A stretch of DNA of 64,000 nt from an uncultured Clostridia bacterium (lineage in GTDB: Bacteria > Bacillota > Clostridia > Christensenellales > CAG-314). This document shows, piece by piece, positions 59,304 to 64,000 of the stretch. The DNA is taken from positions 3,439 to 67,438 of the forward strand of contig CANRFV010000007.1 of assembly GCA_947629985.1 (NCBI GenBank). Direction: 5' to 3'. The position numbers were made by a program, and so were the translations under genes. The notes beneath the pieces are model-generated. The model made no database searches, was not told where the DNA came from, and saw nothing but the letters and a program-made list of their open reading frames with translations. Each line of letters begins with the position of its first letter. Within the stretch, counting starts at the first letter, position 1.

Positions 59304-59470
59304 GTGTTATTTTCTTGTCGTTTTACACATTATTTCTTTTGCGACAATTATATCGTTTATGTAAAGTGGGCATTATGTAATTCCGTACATTGTTTATTGA
59401 ATAATTTTATTATGAAATTTTACTTTTCGTACTGTTTTTGTAATATTAGTTTTGTTTGTTTTTTTACGCG

Positions 59471-59572
59471 TTATTTGTCCGTGCGACCGAGCAAATAGTC
59501 GATTGTAACGTCGAATATGTCAGCCAAAGCAATCAGAGTTTGGTAATCGGCTTGCCTTTTGCCCGATTAGTA
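59471..59572 (-). pseudogene. XRE-family HTH regulator remnant
   Basis: Minus strand reads Y*SGKRQADYQTLIALADIFDVTIDYLLGRTDK*; C-terminal half only. Confidence 0.7.
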
Positions 59573-59605
59573 CCGTCAATCCGTATTGTGCGGTGTGGGG
59601 GCATG

Positions 59606-60172
59606 TCAGGCTTTAAGGTTGTATTTTTGCATAACTTTGTCAAGTTCTTCGCCGTGTAGGTAGTCGAACAGCGCGTCTGCGGCGCGGTCGAGTACGGGGT
59701 CGAGCAGCGCGTGATCGTCGTCGGTTACCTGCGAAAGCACGTAATCTATCAGCGCCATCGGCGTTTGTTTGCCTATGCCCACGCGCATACGGGCAAAGTC
59801 GTCGGTGCCCAGCATTTGCACGATGTTGCGCATGCCGTTGTGGCTTCCCGCAGAGCCGTTGTGGCGTATACGCAAACTGCCCATCGGTATGTCTACGTCG
59901 TCGTAAACCACAACAAGATGTCCGTATTCTACTTTGTATTTGCGGCACAGTTCGGCAACCGCCTGTCCGCTAAGGTTCATATATGTTACAGGCTTGGCAA
60001 TAATAACTTTTGCGCCGTTTATTTTGGCGTGGGCAGTAACGGCGCAACATTCGCCCTTGGTAAATTGAACGTTCAATTTGGCGGCAAGTCTGTCTGCGCA
60101 GTTGAAGCCCATATTGTGGAAAGTATTGTAATATTTTTGTTCGGGATTACCCAATCCTACAACCAGATACAT
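59606..60172 (-). CDS. pth: Peptidyl-tRNA hydrolase
   Basis: VVGLGNP, HNMGF, KPVTYMNLSG, GSHNGM. Confidence 0.97.
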   Translation of the reverse strand: MYLVVGLGNPEQKYYNTFHNMGFNCADRLAAKLNVQFTKGECCAVTAHAKINGAKVIIAKPVTYMNLSGQAVAELCRKYKVEYGHLVVVYDDVDIPMGSLRIRHNGSAGSHNGMRNIVQMLGTDDFARMRVGIGKQTPMALIDYVLSQVTDDDHALLDPVLDRAADALFDYLHGEELDKVMQKYNLKA

Positions 60173-60347
60173 TGCGTTTTCCTGTTACGGCGGATATAAA
60201 TATTGCCGCTTGCCGCGCATATTTTGCCGTGCGGGCGGCTGTTATTACCGTATTTTTAATAATATCACATTTGTTGCAAATTGTAAATGTTTGTCAGGCG
60301 GTTTACAATTGCAAGTTGTTGTGGTAAACTACATTAAGTAAACAAGC

Positions 60348-63300
60348 ATGCGCAAGCGTGCAAAAAACGAGCAAAATATGCACGGTTTTTTCGACAAGGT
60401 AAATAACGTACAGGCATATCGCAATTTGCTTGCAGATACCCGCGACAAAAAATTTGTCGCGGCTTTTGGCGTGCAACCAAACGAAAAACCCTTTATCGCC
60501 GCCAATACCGACGGCTTTTGTTTGTATGTAACGTCGGATTACGTCGAAGCGCAGCGGGTATTTCGCACGATCTGTGCCATCGCGCCCGAGCGCAACACGG
60601 TATATCTTCCGCACAAGGACGACGTATTGCTGTACAAGAGCAACGCGTCGCATAACGGCGTATACACCCGCAACCGCGCGTTGTATTCCATATTGAACGG
60701 TGCCGACTGCGCGGTAACGTGCGTCGAAGCGTTGTTGCAATATTTACCGTCGCGCGATATTTTTGCAAACGACTGCTTCGCTTTGCAAACGGGGTTGTGT
60801 TACGACTTTGCAATGCTGTCCGCCAAGTTGACGAAAATAGGTTACGCGCGCGTGGACGGAATAGGCGGCGAAGGTCAGTTTGTGTTGCGCGGCGACATTT
60901 TGGATATAAGCATGCCTTTCGGCGAAAGGTATCGCGTCGACTTTTGGGACGATCAAATCGAGTCGGTACGCCGAGTAAACGACGACGGTTCGTCCGCCGA
61001 AGCCGTAAACCAAGTAAACGTTTACCCGTTGTACGATACCGTCGGCTTGGGCAGCGCCGCATTGGACAAGTTGCGGCAATATGCGGCAGCGCAGGCGCGC
61101 AAAAACAAACTTTCGCCCAACGCGCAGGCTCGGCTTGCGCAAATAACCGACGAATTGACGGTGCTTTCGGGCGGACGGCGCGCCTACAGCGGTTGGCTTA
61201 CGCCCTTTACCGACAACTCGGTATTGCAGGATTATTTGCCTGCCGACGCCACGGTGTTTTGGGACGAGCCCAAGTTGCTGTCCGCGCGTATCGCATTTGT
61301 CTGCCGTGAACACGCCGAGCGCGTAGCCAATTTGTCCGCCGCGGGCGAAGTGCTTGCCGCGCATTACAATTCGTTGCGTGCGGACAACTCGGTATTTCAA
61401 TGCGATTGCGCGCAGATTTCGTTGCAAACATTACCTTATCAAAGCGACTTTTTCCGTCCGCAGGCGATACACACGTTCAAGACGGGCGCCGTATCCGATT
61501 ACGCGGCAAAAGAGGACTTGCTGGCTACGGATATAAAAAATTGGCTGCGTTTGGGGTACGAAACGGTTATTTTTGCCGGTAGCGACGGCGTAAAAGCCAC
61601 TAAAGACAAGTTGGCGGGGCTGGGCGTGTACGTGTCCGACGCCGACAAGTTGCAGCCCCATTCCGCCGACGGGCTTATCGTACCCATCGGCATAGAAAAA
61701 GGTTTTGTGTCGCACAGCAACAAACTTGCGGTAATAGGCACTCGCAATATCGGGCGCGGACTTAAAAGTCAAACTTTGTCCGGAGGTGTGGGTAAACAGG
61801 CATTTTTGTCCGTGGAAAAGGGCGATTACGTTGTACACGACATTCACGGCATCGGTCTGTGCGAAGGCATACAAAAAATTACCGCGGCAAGCGGCGAGCA
61901 GAAAGATTACATCGTTGTGCTGTACAAAAACGGCGACAGGCTGTACGTGCCCGTGGACGCGACCAATTTGCTGTCGCGCTATTCGGGCGGCGAACACCCG
62001 ACTTTGTCCCGCTTGGGCGGCGAGGACTTTGCCAAGGTAAAAGCCAAGGTAAAGTCGAGCGTAAAGGAAATGTCCGTCAATTTGTTGCAACTGTACGCTC
62101 AACGCAGACAGCCGCGCGGTTTCAAATATACCGTCGATACCTATCTCGACGAAGAATTCGAGCAATATTTTCCCTACAAAGCCACGGAAGATCAACTGCG
62201 CTGTCAGGCGGACATAGTAAAAGATCTTACAAGCGACAAAATAATGGACAGACTGCTGGTGGGAGACGTGGGCTACGGCAAAACCGAAGTGGCAATGCGC
62301 GCCGCGTTCGACGTGGTAAGCAACGGCTATCAAGTGGCGGTATTGGCGCCCACGACAATTCTTACCGAACAGCATTACAACACCTTTTGCGAACGAATGT
62401 CGCACTTCGACGTACACGTTGCGTGTCTTAACCGTTTTCGCAGCGCCGAAGAAGTAAAGCAAATACTAAGCGATCTTGCGCAGGGCAAGATAGATATAAT
62501 TATCGGTACGCACCGTCTGTTGTCGTCCGACGTGCATTTTGCCCGTCTGGGCTTGCTTGTGCTGGACGAAGAACAGCGTTTCGGAGTTGAACACAAGGAA
62601 AAAATAAAGGCGCTCAAAACCAACGTGGACGTGTTGACTATGTCCGCAACGCCCATTCCGCGCACATTGCATATGGCGCTTTCCGGCATACGCGACATCT
62701 CCACAATATCCACCCCGCCCGTAGAACGCATTGCGGTGGAAACCTTTGTGGTGGAAGAAAGCGACGCGTTGCTGTGCGACGTCATCACGCGCGAACTTGC
62801 CCGCGGCGGACAGGTCTACTGCGTGTACAACAAGGTGCAATTCATCGACGCATTTGCGCGTAATTTGTCCGAATTGCTACCCCATATTAAAATAATCGTC
62901 GCCCACGGGCAGATGGACGAAATGCAGTTGGAGGACGCGGTAGTGGGGTTTGCCCACGGCAAAGGCGACGTGCTTGTGTGTACCACAATAATCGAAAACG
63001 GCATCGACATACCCAACGTAAACACTCTTATCGTAATCGACTCCGACAAATTGGGCTTGTCGCAACTGTATCAATTGCGCGGACGCGTGGGACGCAGTAA
63101 CCGTTTGGCGTATGCGTATTTTACATACCGCCGCGACAAAATATTAAACGAAGTTGCCTACAAACGCTTGTCGTCCATAACCGAATACAGCGAATTGGGC
63201 AGCGGTTTCAAAATAGCGATGAAAGATCTGGAAATTCGCGGCGCGGGCAATATTTTGGGGCGCGAACAGCACGGGCATATGATGAAAGTGGGGTACGATA

Positions 63301-63800
63301 TGTACGCCCGTCTGCTCAAAGAAGCCGTTGCCGAACTTAAAGGCGAACAAGTAAAGAGCAAATTGAACACCGACGTGGAAATAGACATCGAAGCCTACGC
63401 TCCCGATACGTATATCGTACTGCAAACGGACAGGATCAATTTTTACAGGCAGTTGGCTTCCTGCGAAACGTTGCAACAAATAGATAGCGTAAAAGCGCGC
63501 ATAACCGACATATACGGCGTGCCGCCGCAACAGGTGGACAATCTGTTCGACATCGCGCGGCTCAAAGTATTGGCAAACAAGGCGGGCATTGCCAAGGTGT
63601 CCGTCCGTTCGGGCAGGGGCGAATTGGTATTTGCCGACAAACAGTCGATGATGCGCAGGGAAGTTTTCGAAGCGTTGTCCAAGGCGGGCGAACGCGTAAC
63701 GGCGTCGTCGGGAAGTTATTCGATAGTATTTGCGTCTCCCGATTTTATGCAAAAACGCCGTCTGACCGACGCAATGACGGAATTTTTGCAAAGTATTTGA
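60348..63800 (+). CDS. mfd: Transcription-repair coupling factor (start may be 60378)
   Basis: GDYVVH..HGIG, GDVGYGKTEVA, DEEQRFG, SATPIPRTL, QLRGRVGR, DLEIRGAGN. Confidence 0.97.
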   Translation: MRKRAKNEQNMHGFFDKVNNVQAYRNLLADTRDKKFVAAFGVQPNEKPFIAANTDGFCLYVTSDYVEAQRVFRTICAIAPERNTVYLPHKDDVLLYKSNASHNGVYTRNRALYSILNGADCAVTCVEALLQYLPSRDIFANDCFALQTGLCYDFAMLSAKLTKIGYARVDGIGGEGQFVLRGDILDISMPFGERYRVDFWDDQIESVRRVNDDGSSAEAVNQVNVYPLYDTVGLGSAALDKLRQYAAAQARKNKLSPNAQARLAQITDELTVLSGGRRAYSGWLTPFTDNSVLQDYLPADATVFWDEPKLLSARIAFVCREHAERVANLSAAGEVLAAHYNSLRADNSVFQCDCAQISLQTLPYQSDFFRPQAIHTFKTGAVSDYAAKEDLLATDIKNWLRLGYETVIFAGSDGVKATKDKLAGLGVYVSDADKLQPHSADGLIVPIGIEKGFVSHSNKLAVIGTRNIGRGLKSQTLSGGVGKQAFLSVEKGDYVVHDIHGIGLCEGIQKITAASGEQKDYIVVLYKNGDRLYVPVDATNLLSRYSGGEHPTLSRLGGEDFAKVKAKVKSSVKEMSVNLLQLYAQRRQPRGFKYTVDTYLDEEFEQYFPYKATEDQLRCQADIVKDLTSDKIMDRLLVGDVGYGKTEVAMRAAFDVVSNGYQVAVLAPTTILTEQHYNTFCERMSHFDVHVACLNRFRSAEEVKQILSDLAQGKIDIIIGTHRLLSSDVHFARLGLLVLDEEQRFGVEHKEKIKALKTNVDVLTMSATPIPRTLHMALSGIRDISTISTPPVERIAVETFVVEESDALLCDVITRELARGGQVYCVYNKVQFIDAFARNLSELLPHIKIIVAHGQMDEMQLEDAVVGFAHGKGDVLVCTTIIENGIDIPNVNTLIVIDSDKLGLSQLYQLRGRVGRSNRLAYAYFTYRRDKILNEVAYKRLSSITEYSELGSGFKIAMKDLEIRGAGNILGREQHGHMMKVGYDMYARLLKEAVAELKGEQVKSKLNTDVEIDIEAYAPDTYIVLQTDRINFYRQLASCETLQQIDSVKARITDIYGVPPQQVDNLFDIARLKVLANKAGIAKVSVRSGRGELVFADKQSMMRREVFEALSKAGERVTASSGSYSIVFASPDFMQKRRLTDAMTEFLQSI

Positions 63801-63830
63801 AGTTATTGCAGACAAAATGGGGCAAAGCGC

Positions 63831-63859
63831 TTGCCAATTAGTAAGTAAAAATGTATAAT
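63831..63859 (+). promoter_or_regulatory. Putative sigma-A promoter
   Basis: TTGCCA-17 bp-TATAAT. Confidence 0.65.
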
Positions 63860-63923
63860 ATAAAAGCATAATGTGGCGGTATGTCCTTCGAAACGCCGTC
63901 ATTAAGGTTAGGAGCAAACGAAA

Positions 63924-64000
63924 ATGAAAAAAGCAAGTAGAATACTTACGCTGCTGCTGGTTGCCGTTATGGTATTGGGAATATTTGCAGGCTGCGATCT
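63924..64000 (+). CDS. Lipoprotein, 3'-truncated by the window edge
   Basis: AGGAG RBS; MKKASRILTLLLVAVMVLGIFAGCD lipobox. Confidence 0.7.
   Translation, partial: MKKASRILTLLLVAVMVLGIFAGCD

Overview
Chromosomal window from a gut-type Clostridia (Firmicutes) genome. In order it holds: the 3' end of a very large Cys/His-repeat protein; mgtC-like, dnaC/dnaD-like, degenerate SbcC/SMC-like, yqeY, thpR and M1-peptidase genes; two complete but highly divergent oligopeptide ABC operons arranged tail-to-tail (14.8-33.4 kb); an IS3-family orfA/orfB pair; the full S10-spc-alpha ribosomal cluster (rpsJ to rplQ); then metNIQ, a bile salt hydrolase, fprA, pth and mfd. Four signals stand out. (1) The two opp operons share a perfect 68-bp inverted repeat over their RBS/5' leaders and a 198-bp inverted repeat inside the terminal membrane-protein gene, which is the geometry of an ~18.6-kb invertible or exchangeable transporter cassette. 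(2) metNIQ is preceded by an apparent Met/Cys leader-peptide attenuator (MCMC codons, antiterminator, terminator) rather than a recognisable S-box or T-box. (3) There are families of REP-like hairpins, mosaic palindromic repeats and linker-plus-variable-hairpin arrays. (4) Several proteins have unusual architectures: a circularly permuted OppA, an RCC1-propeller OppC, an ATPase-dead SMC-like protein and an extended uL30. All calls come from reading the sequence by eye; no database searches were run.
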